DNA of 42,666 bases from Candidatus Brocadiia bacterium (GCA_013360825.1 JABWAY010000001.1:1-42666), one strand, 5' to 3'. Positions 8,683-17,994 are shown, counted from the first letter of the stretch. The notes: generated by a model not told the origin, from the sequence alone. Made by a program: numbers and translations.

Positions 8683-10643
8683 GAACCCTGATTCTGCTCC
8701 TGTCCCTGGCGTGCGCCGCGGCCGCGCAGGACCATGTCGTGGAAGTCGGGAAACTCCCCTACGCCTTCAAGGTGGAGGCCCCCGGCGTCGGATATGTCAC
8801 CCTGGAATTCACGGATCGGCCGAAGAGCTTCAACCCGCGGATGGTGTTCGGGGAAGAGCGGGCCTGGCCGATCGTCGAAGAGCAGTGCGAAGCCCGCGTG
8901 GAGGGGGGAACGATCGACTTCGTCCTCTCGGACCGGTGGGGGACCGTCGCGACGGAGGCGATCAAGTTCCGCGTCGTTTTCACGCCGGAGGACGACCCGA
9001 GCGAACCGAACGGGGACTGGGAGCACGCCCGCGCGGTGCGGATCGGGGAAACGGTGTCGATGCGGATCCGGCCGGCGAAGGATCTCGACTGGCTCCGGGT
9101 GGAGGTCCCCGAGCCGGGATACCTGACGGCGGAGTTCGAGGGGATCAAGAACACCGTGGAGGCCGGGTTTTACCTCGACCCGACGCGGGAACTGACGACG
9201 AACCTTGCCCGGATCGACGTGGCCGGCCAGGTCCTGGTCCGCGTCCGGGAGCGGTGGGGGAATCCCCATCCGGAGCCGTTCCGGCTGACGTTCCGGTTCG
9301 AGCCGGAAACCGACCCGGCGGAGCCGAACGACAGGTCCGAGGACGCCGGCCCGCTGGAACTCGGGGAGTGGATGCACGCCCGCATCGCCCCGGCAGGGGA
9401 CGTGGACTGGTTCGAGGTGACGGTCGAGGATGCCGGCAGCTTCATCTGCGAGGCCGAGGAGCTGAAGGGATTCACCCCGGCGTGGGCGGCGTTCCGGGCC
9501 GGGGAGCGCGAGGCCGCGGCGAGCGGCGACGTCATGAACGTCCAGCCGGGGCGGTATCTGCTGCGCCTCACCGAGCGGTGGGGGAATGTGACCCCCCGGA
9601 ATGTCCTCGTCCGGGTCCGTTTCGTCCCGGAACCCGACGAGGCCTCGCCGAACGACGACCCGAAGGAGCCGGCGAGGATCGAACTCGGCCGGTGGTACGC
9701 AATGGCAGTTTCGAGGCCGGGGGATGTCGATCACGTCGTCTTCGAACTTCCGTCGCCGGCCAGGGTCTCGATCGACTTCCTCGGGTCGGTCCCGCGGGAT
9801 TTCTACGTCGCATTCCGCGCACCCGATGGATCCGAAACCCGGTGGGGGGACGGCCCGCGTGACCTCCCCGCGGGGACCTATCCGCTGGTCCTCCAGGCAA
9901 AATGGGGGCACTGGTCGGAAACCCCCTTTCGCTTCGCCGTGACGGCGAGCCCCGGTGACGATCCCGTGGAGCCCAATGACTCCCCGGAACTTGCCACGCC
10001 GCTCCAGGTCGGAACCGGGATCGACATCCGGCTCGGTCCGGGATCCGGTGACGTCGACTGGTACGCCGTCGAGATCCCCGGGGACGGCATCCTCTACGTG
10101 ATCACCTCGGAGGACTCAGGATGGCCGAAGTCGTGCGCGCTCGTCGAACTGCGCGACCCTGAAGGGAAGGAAGCCGGGAAACTCCGGATGGACCCCTATG
10201 GCGTGAACCGGTTCCATCCGGTCACGAAAGGGACCTGGCGCCTCCGCGTCTCTCCTCAGCAGAACCGCGTCCCGCCGCTCCAGACGCTCCGGCTGACGAC
10301 AGCGCTCGTCATCCCGTCGGCGGAGCCGTCCTCCACACCCGGCCTGCTCGACATCGCCGTCATCGGCCTCGACGTCGACGACTCCACCATGACCGCCCTC
10401 CGTGCCATGGCCTCGTCCGGCTCCGCTTCGTTCGCCAACACCACCGATCTCACTCAGTTGGAAAAGCAGATGCGCACGATCGTCGAGACGGGGAAGCGCG
10501 ACGCGGAGCGGAGGAACGCCCCGACGCCCGCGGGCGCAGAGCCACCCGGGACCGGCAGTCCCTGGGTTCGGTCGGTGGGAGGTGGCGTCGCGGGCCTGAT
10601 CATTCTCCTGATTCTCGTTTTCGTCTGGAGACGGAGCCGGTAG
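8679..10643 (+). CDS. secreted protein with tandem PPC (pre-peptidase C-terminal)-like repeats, vWA-tail-like segment and C-terminal TM anchor
   Basis: Signal peptide MRTLILLLSLACAAAAQ. Four clear units plus one degenerate unit of ~105 aa, each with (D/E)P.EPND...G......D(V/L)DW(F/Y/L).V.V and ending (R/K)WG....(F/V)R. C-terminal hydrophobic anchor GGGVAGLIILLILVFVWRRSR. Confidence 0.8.
   Translation: MRTLILLLSLACAAAAQDHVVEVGKLPYAFKVEAPGVGYVTLEFTDRPKSFNPRMVFGEERAWPIVEEQCEARVEGGTIDFVLSDRWGTVATEAIKFRVVFTPEDDPSEPNGDWEHARAVRIGETVSMRIRPAKDLDWLRVEVPEPGYLTAEFEGIKNTVEAGFYLDPTRELTTNLARIDVAGQVLVRVRERWGNPHPEPFRLTFRFEPETDPAEPNDRSEDAGPLELGEWMHARIAPAGDVDWFEVTVEDAGSFICEAEELKGFTPAWAAFRAGEREAAASGDVMNVQPGRYLLRLTERWGNVTPRNVLVRVRFVPEPDEASPNDDPKEPARIELGRWYAMAVSRPGDVDHVVFELPSPARVSIDFLGSVPRDFYVAFRAPDGSETRWGDGPRDLPAGTYPLVLQAKWGHWSETPFRFAVTASPGDDPVEPNDSPELATPLQVGTGIDIRLGPGSGDVDWYAVEIPGDGILYVITSEDSGWPKSCALVELRDPEGKEAGKLRMDPYGVNRFHPVTKGTWRLRVSPQQNRVPPLQTLRLTTALVIPSAEPSSTPGLLDIAVIGLDVDDSTMTALRAMASSGSASFANTTDLTQLEKQMRTIVETGKRDAERRNAPTPAGAEPPGTGSPWVRSVGGGVAGLIILLILVFVWRRSR
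8985..10313 (+). repeat. four tandem ~105-110-codon coding repeats (PPC-like units) inside the 8679..10643 CDS
   Basis: Approximate protein repeats: 103-207, 208-315, 316-423 and 424-545. They begin EDDPSEPNGDW / ETDPAEPNDRS / EPDEASPNDDP / GDDPVEPNDSP, and all contain a D.D(W/H) motif. A degenerate unit precedes them (aa ~18-102). Confidence 0.7.
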
Positions 10644-10667
10644 GAGTCGGGACGCCGCCCGGCGGGT

Positions 10668-12638
10668 CTACGACGAGTGGCTCGCCGCCGCGGCCAGGAC
10701 GGAAGCCTTCGATGAGACCAGTCGCCCGACCCGGCCGGTCCGCTTGAAGGCGGCCCAGATCGCACGCGGCCCGGACGTCGCTTCGACTCCCCGTCGCGCC
10801 CTGTCCGCGTGCGTTCCCGCCAGCGCCGCCTGGCCGTGCCGTTCGAACAGATCCAGGTGAAAGGCAGTCAGGATCACGCCGAGGTGGGTCAGCGCCTGCG
10901 GGAAGTTGCCGAGGTGGGCGTGGGTCTTCGGATCGATCTCCTCCGCGAACAGGTGGAGGTCGCCGGCGCGCGCGAGCAGGCGGTCGAAAAGCCCGCGTGC
11001 CTCCTCCGCCCTGCCCGTGACGAGGAGCGCGTCGGCGAGCCAGAAGGAGCAGACGAGGAAGGCTCCTTCGCCGCCGCGAACGCCGTCGTCGGTCCGGTAT
11101 CGCAGCAGGAAGTCTCCGGCGCCGAGTTCGCCCCGGATCGCCGCCACCGTCCGGAGGATGGCCTCCTCTCCTGCGGGGAAACCGAGCATCGGCAGGAGGA
11201 GGAGCGCCGCGTCCGTGCCGGGGAGGTCGTACGCCTGACGGAAATGCCCGTCCGCCGGCGAGACTCCCCGTGCCGACACCTCGCGGAGGATCGCCTCCCG
11301 GGCGGTCACCCATTCCGGACGTTCGCCGAGCAGCCGGCATGCCCGATCCATCGCCACCCAGGCCATCACCTTTCCGAAGACATGCTGTCTCGGCTCCCCG
11401 CGCATCTCCCAGAGCCCCTGTCCGGGTTCCTGCCAGTGGGCCGCCACAAAGTCCGCGAGCTGGGAGAAATACTTCTTCTGCTCCGGGCCAAACCTGCCGC
11501 CCAGGCTCGCGTGCGTCCAGGCCCAGTCGAGCACCTCCCCGAACACGTCGAGCTGTCGCTGTCGGAAGGCCGCGTTTCCCACCCGCACGGGCCGGCTCCC
11601 GCGGTACCCCTCGAGGTGCTCGAGAGCCTTCTCCTCCAGGGAACACTCCGCCCCGATGCCGTAGAGAATCTGAATCTCGCCGGGACTCTGCTGGCAGCAC
11701 TTCAGCAGATACCGCCCGAACTGCGCCGCCTCGCCGCTGTAGCCGAGCGCTGCGAACGCGAGCAGGCTCAGGCTGCCGTCGCGGAGCCAGCAGTACCGGT
11801 AGTCCCAGTTCCGCTCGCCGCCGATGTCCTCGGGAAGGGACGTCGTGGGGGCGGCGGCGATGGCCCCGGTGGGCGCGTAGGTCAGGAGCTTGAGGGCCAG
11901 GACGCTCCGCATCACCTGTTTCCGCCAGGGGCCGGCATAGCGGCAGTACGCCGACCATTCCGTCCAGAAGGCGCGTGTGATCGCGAGGAGCGCGGCGAGC
12001 GCGTCGTGAGTCGGCCGCGGGCTGGCGTCGCGGCTCACGACCAGGAAGCGGCGTTCGCCGGCGGCGAGTTCGGTCGTGCCGGAAGCGGAGTCGCGGTCGG
12101 CTGCGAGGGGAAGATCCGTGGACAGCCGGGCTCCGCCGGGGAGTTCGAAGCCGCCGTCGGAGGGGCGGAGATCCGGGTGTCGTCGAGCGAACTCCACGGA
12201 GAGACGGCAGGCGACCCGGAGCCGGACCCGACCGCGCGTGCACTCCACGATTCTCACGAACCACCCCGGCGCGTTCAGCCTGACGTAGTCGTGGACGCGC
12301 GCCCCGGGGACGCGGCCGACCGGCATGAAGTCGGTCAGCGTTGCGGTGCCGTCCGGTCCTTCGAGCGAACTGATGAGGATGTTGGTGTCGCCCTCGTACG
12401 TCCGGGTCATTCTCCCGCCGCCTTCGATCTCCGACGAGAGGAACCCCCCGTTCCCGGCATCGAGCATCCGGCAGAACACGGGATCCGCGTCGTGCCGCCC
12501 CAGGGCACACCAGTCCACGCTCCCGTCCCGCGCCACGAGGGCGTTTCCATGGCAGTCTCCGACGAGCGCATAGTCCTCGATCGGACGGTAACGCCTCCCG
12601 GAATCGGGGAACTGTGGCACGGGGCGATTGTGCGTCAT
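10668..12638 (-). CDS. glycoside hydrolase family 15 protein (glucoamylase/trehalase-like)
   Basis: Within ORF 10668..13484. ATG 12638 gives MTHNRPVPQF... GH15 hallmarks are YALVGDCHGNALVARDGSVDWCAL, GGERNWDYRYCWLRDGS and FLVCSFWLADAL. 656 aa. Confidence 0.9.
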   Translation of the reverse strand: MTHNRPVPQFPDSGRRYRPIEDYALVGDCHGNALVARDGSVDWCALGRHDADPVFCRMLDAGNGGFLSSEIEGGGRMTRTYEGDTNILISSLEGPDGTATLTDFMPVGRVPGARVHDYVRLNAPGWFVRIVECTRGRVRLRVACRLSVEFARRHPDLRPSDGGFELPGGARLSTDLPLAADRDSASGTTELAAGERRFLVVSRDASPRPTHDALAALLAITRAFWTEWSAYCRYAGPWRKQVMRSVLALKLLTYAPTGAIAAAPTTSLPEDIGGERNWDYRYCWLRDGSLSLLAFAALGYSGEAAQFGRYLLKCCQQSPGEIQILYGIGAECSLEEKALEHLEGYRGSRPVRVGNAAFRQRQLDVFGEVLDWAWTHASLGGRFGPEQKKYFSQLADFVAAHWQEPGQGLWEMRGEPRQHVFGKVMAWVAMDRACRLLGERPEWVTAREAILREVSARGVSPADGHFRQAYDLPGTDAALLLLPMLGFPAGEEAILRTVAAIRGELGAGDFLLRYRTDDGVRGGEGAFLVCSFWLADALLVTGRAEEARGLFDRLLARAGDLHLFAEEIDPKTHAHLGNFPQALTHLGVILTAFHLDLFERHGQAALAGTHADRARRGVEATSGPRAIWAAFKRTGRVGRLVSSKASVLAAAASHSS

Positions 12639-12664
12639 CGCAGGGGTTCCGTCACCCCGTGGAC

Positions 12665-13057
12665 TCAGGGATCCCGCGGCGCGGGCGCCAGGCCGTAAAG
12701 CAGCGTGCCGCCGACCAGCCCGGCCAGCGTCGCCAGCGCGTAGAGCTTGCCTTCGCCCAACTGGGCGAGCGCGGTGCCGGGTCAGGCACCGGTGAGCGCC
12801 CATCCCGCGCCGAACAGCGCTCCGGCGGCCAGCGTCCAGCGATGGGCCGGTTTTGTTCTCACTTCGTGCGCCCGCCCCGACCGGCGCAGGGCGAAGAGCC
12901 CGAGGGCGGAGGTCGCGATCGCGGCTCCCATCACCCCCATGATGTGGAAGTCCTGGAACCGGAACATCCGGGTGATCGCGTCGTAGTCGGTCGCGCGGGA
13001 CTGATGCAGGACGTACCCGAAAGCGACCCCGAACAGCAGCGTGACGAGGCGGTTCAT
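12665..13057 (-). CDS. YeeE/YedE-partner (DUF6691-type) sulfur-transport membrane protein with in-frame TGA (candidate Sec) at 12782-12784
   Basis: Track ORF 12782..13057 ends ...ALFGAGWALTGA*. The same frame continues for 38 codons, PGTALAQLGEGKLYALATLAGLVGGTLLYGLAPAPRDP, to TGA 12665-12667. The joined sequence FGAGWALTGA-[TGA]-PG matches the family signature FG.GW.L.G.CPG, with TGA at the Cys. Confidence 0.65.
12753..12768 (-). promoter_or_regulatory. candidate SECIS-like hairpin downstream of TGA 12782-12784
   Basis: The mRNA reads UCGCCC-AGUU-GGGCGA: a 6-bp stem with a tetraloop containing G and U. The stem begins 14 nt after the UGA. Confidence 0.4.
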
Positions 13058-13554
13058 GCGAACCTCCCCGCGAGCCAGAACACCCCGTTGACGGCCGCCA
13101 CACCGGCGGCCATGAACCCGATCGTCGCCAGGAGACTCCCCCTGGACCCCTGGGCGAGCCCGACGATCGAGTGCCCGCTCGTTCAGCCCCCCGCCCAGCG
13201 GGCGCCGTACCCCGCGAGCGTGCCGCCGACGAACAGGAACGCCAGCCGGACGACCGGATGGCCGCTGATCCCGCTGTCAAAGTCCCCCATCGACGTGACC
13301 CACCCGACCTTCCCCGCCAGCGCCGCCCCGAGGAGCCCGCCGAGCGGGATCCCCGCGATGAACCAGATCCGCCAGGGGGCCTTGTAAGCGCTCTGCTGGA
13401 AATACCGGATCCGCGGGGCGATCCTGGCGCAGAGCCCTCCGATCCCGGTCGACACGCCGACCGGCTTCCCGGTCGCAAACGCAAACGCGGTCACGATCAG
13501 TCCGATCGCGGACCCGGCGACCCACCACGGCCAGGGTTCGGATAGCCATTTCAT
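13054..13554 (-). CDS. YeeE/YedE family sulfur-transport membrane protein with in-frame TGA (candidate Sec) at 13183-13185
   Basis: Track ORF 13183..13554 ends ...GYGARWAGG*. The frame continues for 42 codons, TSGHSIVGLAQGSRGSLLATIGFMAAGVAAVNGVFWLAGRFA, to TGA 13054-13056, which overlaps the next gene's ATG (ATGA). The joined GG-[TGA]-TSGH...SL.AT..FM matches the short YeeE/YedE signature G.GCTSGH...RSL.AT..FM. GGGAGG RBS about 10 nt upstream of ATG 13554. Confidence 0.65.
13117..13171 (-). promoter_or_regulatory. candidate SECIS-like extended stem-loop downstream of TGA 13183-13185
   Basis: In mRNA sense, CUCGAUCGUCG pairs with CGACGAUCGGG: 9 Watson-Crick pairs plus one U.G and one C-G. This encloses an upper hairpin CCAGGGG-GAGU-CUCCUGG. 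The upper hairpin needs a G.U pair that would be an A.C mismatch on the opposite strand, so the structure is specific to the sense strand. Confidence 0.4.
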
Positions 13555-13647
13555 CGGCTTCTTGCCTCCCTTCCTGCCTGATCGGCGACGGTTGCCCGGA
13601 CCATGCGCGGAACCGGGGCGTGCATGGTAGCAGCGGACCGGCGCCCC

Positions 13648-14847
13648 TCAGCGCTGCATCACCGCCGACCCTTCGCGCACACGCTCCCCGGGATGCAGGA
13701 CCACGGACTCGCCGGCCGCGAGCCCGCTGAGGATCTCGACTTCGAGCCCGCTTCGGTGCCCGACCTCCACCCGTCGCGCCCGCGCCAGGCCTCCCTCGAC
13801 GACGTAGACGCTCCACTCCGCCCCGCCCGGCTTCATCACGCGGTAGAGCGCGCTCAGCGGCGCGCGCACGACGTCGTCCGCGGACCAGGTCTGGATCGCC
13901 ACATTCACCGAAAACCCGTCGCCGAGCCGCGGCCGGCGCTCGGGCGGCTCGAGCAGGTCGATCACGACGTTCACGCGCTGCTCCTCCACACCCAGCGCGG
14001 AGACTTTCGTGAACCCCGAAGGTTCGACCAGCCGGACGCGCCCCCGGAGCTCGTGAGCGCCCCCCCACCCGGTGATCAGCGCGGCGCTGCCGGGCGAGAC
14101 GGCGACGGCGTCCGAAGTCAGCAGGTCCGACACGACCTCCAGTGCGGTCGGGTCGGCGATTTCCAGAAGCGGCGTTCCGGGGGAGACCGGCCCGGGGCCT
14201 TCGTAGATCACGCGCAGGACGCGGCCGCGGATCGGCGACCGGATCTCGAGCCGCTCTTCGCCCTCGCCGCGCTCGATCCGGGCCAGGGCGCTGACCGCGG
14301 TCTCGTGCTCGTAACGGGCGACATCGGCGGAGAACCGGGCGGACTCGACGGACTGTTCCGCCATCCGTTTCCGCACCTCGGCTTCCTCGAGATCCGCGGC
14401 GGGGATCGCCATGACCGCGGCCAGCTCCCGCTGGCGTTCGAATTCCTTCCCGGCCAGAGAGAGGGCCGCCTCGGAGCGCCGCCGCTCCGCTTCGGCATGC
14501 CCGACCGCCGCCTCGGCAGCCTTCGCCCGGGCCCGGAGTTCGGCGCGGACGCGCGCATCCAGGAGCGGCGGGGAACCCGGGAGGAGGTGCGCCAGGAGAT
14601 CCCTCGCCTCAATGGCATCCCCGGGGCGCGCCTGGATGCGCTCCAGGTCGCCGGCAATCGGGGCGGTGATCGTATAGCGTTCCCGCGCCCGCGTCCTGCC
14701 GTCCTCCTCGACCGCGGCTTTCATCGCCCCGCGCTCGACGCGGGCGATGTCGACGGCGACCGGCTTCGGGCGGAATGCCAGAAAAGTCCCGCCCGCCGCC
14801 CCGGCCAGGACGAGCAGAAGGGCCAGTCGCTTCAGCCATGTCTTCAT
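13648..14847 (-). CDS. efflux transporter periplasmic adaptor subunit (HlyD/MacA-type membrane fusion protein)
   Basis: N-terminal anchor MKTWLKRLALLLVLAGAAGG, lipoyl-like ITAPIAGDL and IRSPIRGRV, and a long alpha-hairpin. It lies 4 nt downstream of the permease gene. Confidence 0.9.
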   Translation of the reverse strand: MKTWLKRLALLLVLAGAAGGTFLAFRPKPVAVDIARVERGAMKAAVEEDGRTRARERYTITAPIAGDLERIQARPGDAIEARDLLAHLLPGSPPLLDARVRAELRARAKAAEAAVGHAEAERRRSEAALSLAGKEFERQRELAAVMAIPAADLEEAEVRKRMAEQSVESARFSADVARYEHETAVSALARIERGEGEERLEIRSPIRGRVLRVIYEGPGPVSPGTPLLEIADPTALEVVSDLLTSDAVAVSPGSAALITGWGGAHELRGRVRLVEPSGFTKVSALGVEEQRVNVVIDLLEPPERRPRLGDGFSVNVAIQTWSADDVVRAPLSALYRVMKPGGAEWSVYVVEGGLARARRVEVGHRSGLEVEILSGLAAGESVVLHPGERVREGSAVMQR

Positions 14848-14851
14848 CCGT

Positions 14852-17211
14852 TCACTCCTTCACTTTCAGAACACTCACAAGGTCCATGCCATCGAGCTTC
14901 CTGCGGACGATGAGGGCGGACGCTGCCCCTGCGGCGAGGACGACGAGCATGGCGAAGGCGTAGGTGCGCGGTTCGATGATGAGGGGGAAGCGGTAGAGTT
15001 CGGTGTCGAGGGACGCGATCAGGGCGGCCGCGAGTCCGTATCCCATGAGGCAGCCGAGGGGGAGTGCGAGGACGAGCTGGACGGCGAGTTCGCCGAACAG
15101 GATGGAGGCGACCTCGCCGCGGGTGAATCCCATGACGCGGAGGGTTCCGAGTTCCCGGCTCCGTTCGGAGAGCATCACGCGCGCGCCGTTGTAGACGACG
15201 CCGACGGCGACGATCACGGCGAACAGCACGAGGATGAGCCGCGTCACCATCTGCATCTCCCCGGCGGTCCCCTTGAAGATGTCGTAGGCGGCGGTGCGGA
15301 GCGTCGCGCCGGAGACGCGGGGCATCCCCTTGATCTCCCGCCATGTCTGCTCGCGGCGGGCGGGGTCGAGCAGAAGCAGGCCGCCCGAGGCCCGCTCGCC
15401 CTCGCGGAGAAGGGACGCGAGAGGGCGGGGGCTCATGTAGGCGGACATCCCCATCATCTCGTCGATCGTTCCGGAGACCGGCACGAAGGCCCGCCTGCGT
15501 TCGCCTTCCAGGATCTCGACTTCCAGCAGGTCCCCCGTACGCACCGCGAGTTTGGCGGCGAGGGCGTTGCCGAGGAGGAGCCCCTCGTCGGGGAGGGGGA
15601 CGTGCCGCAGGTCGGCGTCAAGGAGGCGGCGGAGGCGCGAGTCCGGGGGAAAGCTCTGGATGGCGGTCTCATGGCTCCGGGGGCCGGCGCGGAGGCGGAC
15701 CGGCGTGTCCCGGATCGGCTCCGCATAAAGCACGCCGGGGATCCGGGAGAGTTCGCGGACGGCGCGCGGCTCGAGCGACCGGTCGAAGGTGACGGTGAGA
15801 TCCTGGCTCTGGACGCGTTCGAAGCTGACTTCCATGACGTGCTCGAGGGCATCGGAAGAGAAATTCCCGACCACGAGGATGGCCAGCGAGACGGAGATCC
15901 CGGCGACCGCGATGGCGGTCGTGACGGGGCGGCGGGCCACGTTTCGAGCGACGATCCGCGCGGGCGGCGACAGCGCGGCCATGATTCCGAGCCGGTCGAG
16001 GATCCCGCGCCGGTAGCGGGTCGGGGATTCCGGCCTCATGGCCTCCGCCGGGGGGAGCCGGACGGCGCGCCAGACCGCGACCGCCGCGCCGAGGCCCCCG
16101 GCGAGGACGCTCAGCCCCACCGCTTCCAGCGCCTGCGCGGGTTCCACCCTGAAATCCAGCAGGGGGAAGATGAAGAACTCGCCGTAGATCCCCATCATGC
16201 CGGTGCCCAGGAGCCGCCCGATCAGGATCCCGAGCCCCGCGCCTCCCAGGACGACGAGGCAGGCGAGGCCGAGATAGCGCACGGCGATGGCGGAGTTCGC
16301 GTATCCGATCGCCTTGAGCACCGCGATCTCCTCCCGCTGCGTCGCGATCAGGCGGGTCAGCACGACGTTGACCAGAAAGGCCGCGACACCGAGAAACAGC
16401 ACCGGGACGGTGCCGCCGATCGAGTCCAGCTGCTTGAGTTCCTCGTCGAGATACCGCGCGGAGGTCTGCCGGTCGCGCCCGTACGCCGCCCGTCCGCCCC
16501 AGGGGGCCAGGATCAGGTCCACGCGCTCGGCGGTCGTCTCCGGCGAGGTTCCGGGGATCAGTGTCAGGCAGACGTCGTTGAACGCCCCATCCATGTCGAA
16601 CGCGGACGCAAGGGCGCTCCGCGACATCCAGAGAACGCCGAACCGCCGGTGATCGGGAAAGAGCGCGCCGGGGGCGATCTCGTATGTGTACTCCGGGGAG
16701 AGCGCGATCCCGGCGATCTCGAGGCGATGCCGCGTCCCGCCGAGAACCGCGTCCAGCGACTCCCCCGGTTTCAGCCCGTGCGCGCGCGCAAACGACTCGC
16801 TCACCAGAACTTCGCCGCGCCGCGCGGGGTCCGGCCACCGGCCGTCGCGGAGCGCCAGGTCATTGAGCGCCGGCCGCCCGGTCTCAGGAATGGAAACCAG
16901 CCGCCCCGACGCCGTCTCTTCCATTCCCCGCACACTGAGCGTGACGTCCTTCACCACCCGTGTCTCCACCACCGCCACGCCGGGAACATCCGCCAGCCTC
17001 CGGCCGACCGCATCCGGCGCGCTCGCCACCCCCGCGAACAGGTCCGCGAATCTCGACCGCTCAAACCAGGCGTCCCGGCTCTCCCCGAGCGAGGCCCTCA
17101 CGCTCCGCATGCAGACGAACGACCCGATCCCGCACGCCACCACAAGCGCAATCGCCCCGAGCTGCGACCAGAGCCGGAGCGTGTCCCGCAGCATTTTCCG
17201 GTCGATCGCCC

Positions 17212-17215
<4 letters not shown>
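14852..17215 (-). CDS. ABC transporter permease with two FtsX-type domains (MacB/YbbP-like)
   Basis: Within ORF 14852..18352. GTG 17215 overlaps the ATPase stop (GTGA); the alternative start is ATG 17194. [24 protein letters not shown], large periplasmic loops, and duplicated FtsX helices ([12 protein letters not shown]..., [12 protein letters not shown]...). Confidence 0.88.

Positions 17216-17994
<779 letters not shown>

Noticed and set aside
12665-13554. Alternative explanation: genome-wide TGA reassignment (code 4 or 25) instead of Sec
   Set aside because: Several well-conserved genes in the window terminate at TGA at the expected C-terminus and with coupled downstream starts (8680-8682, 33186-33188, 17212-17214, 34118-20). 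The two internal TGAs also fall specifically on Cys positions.
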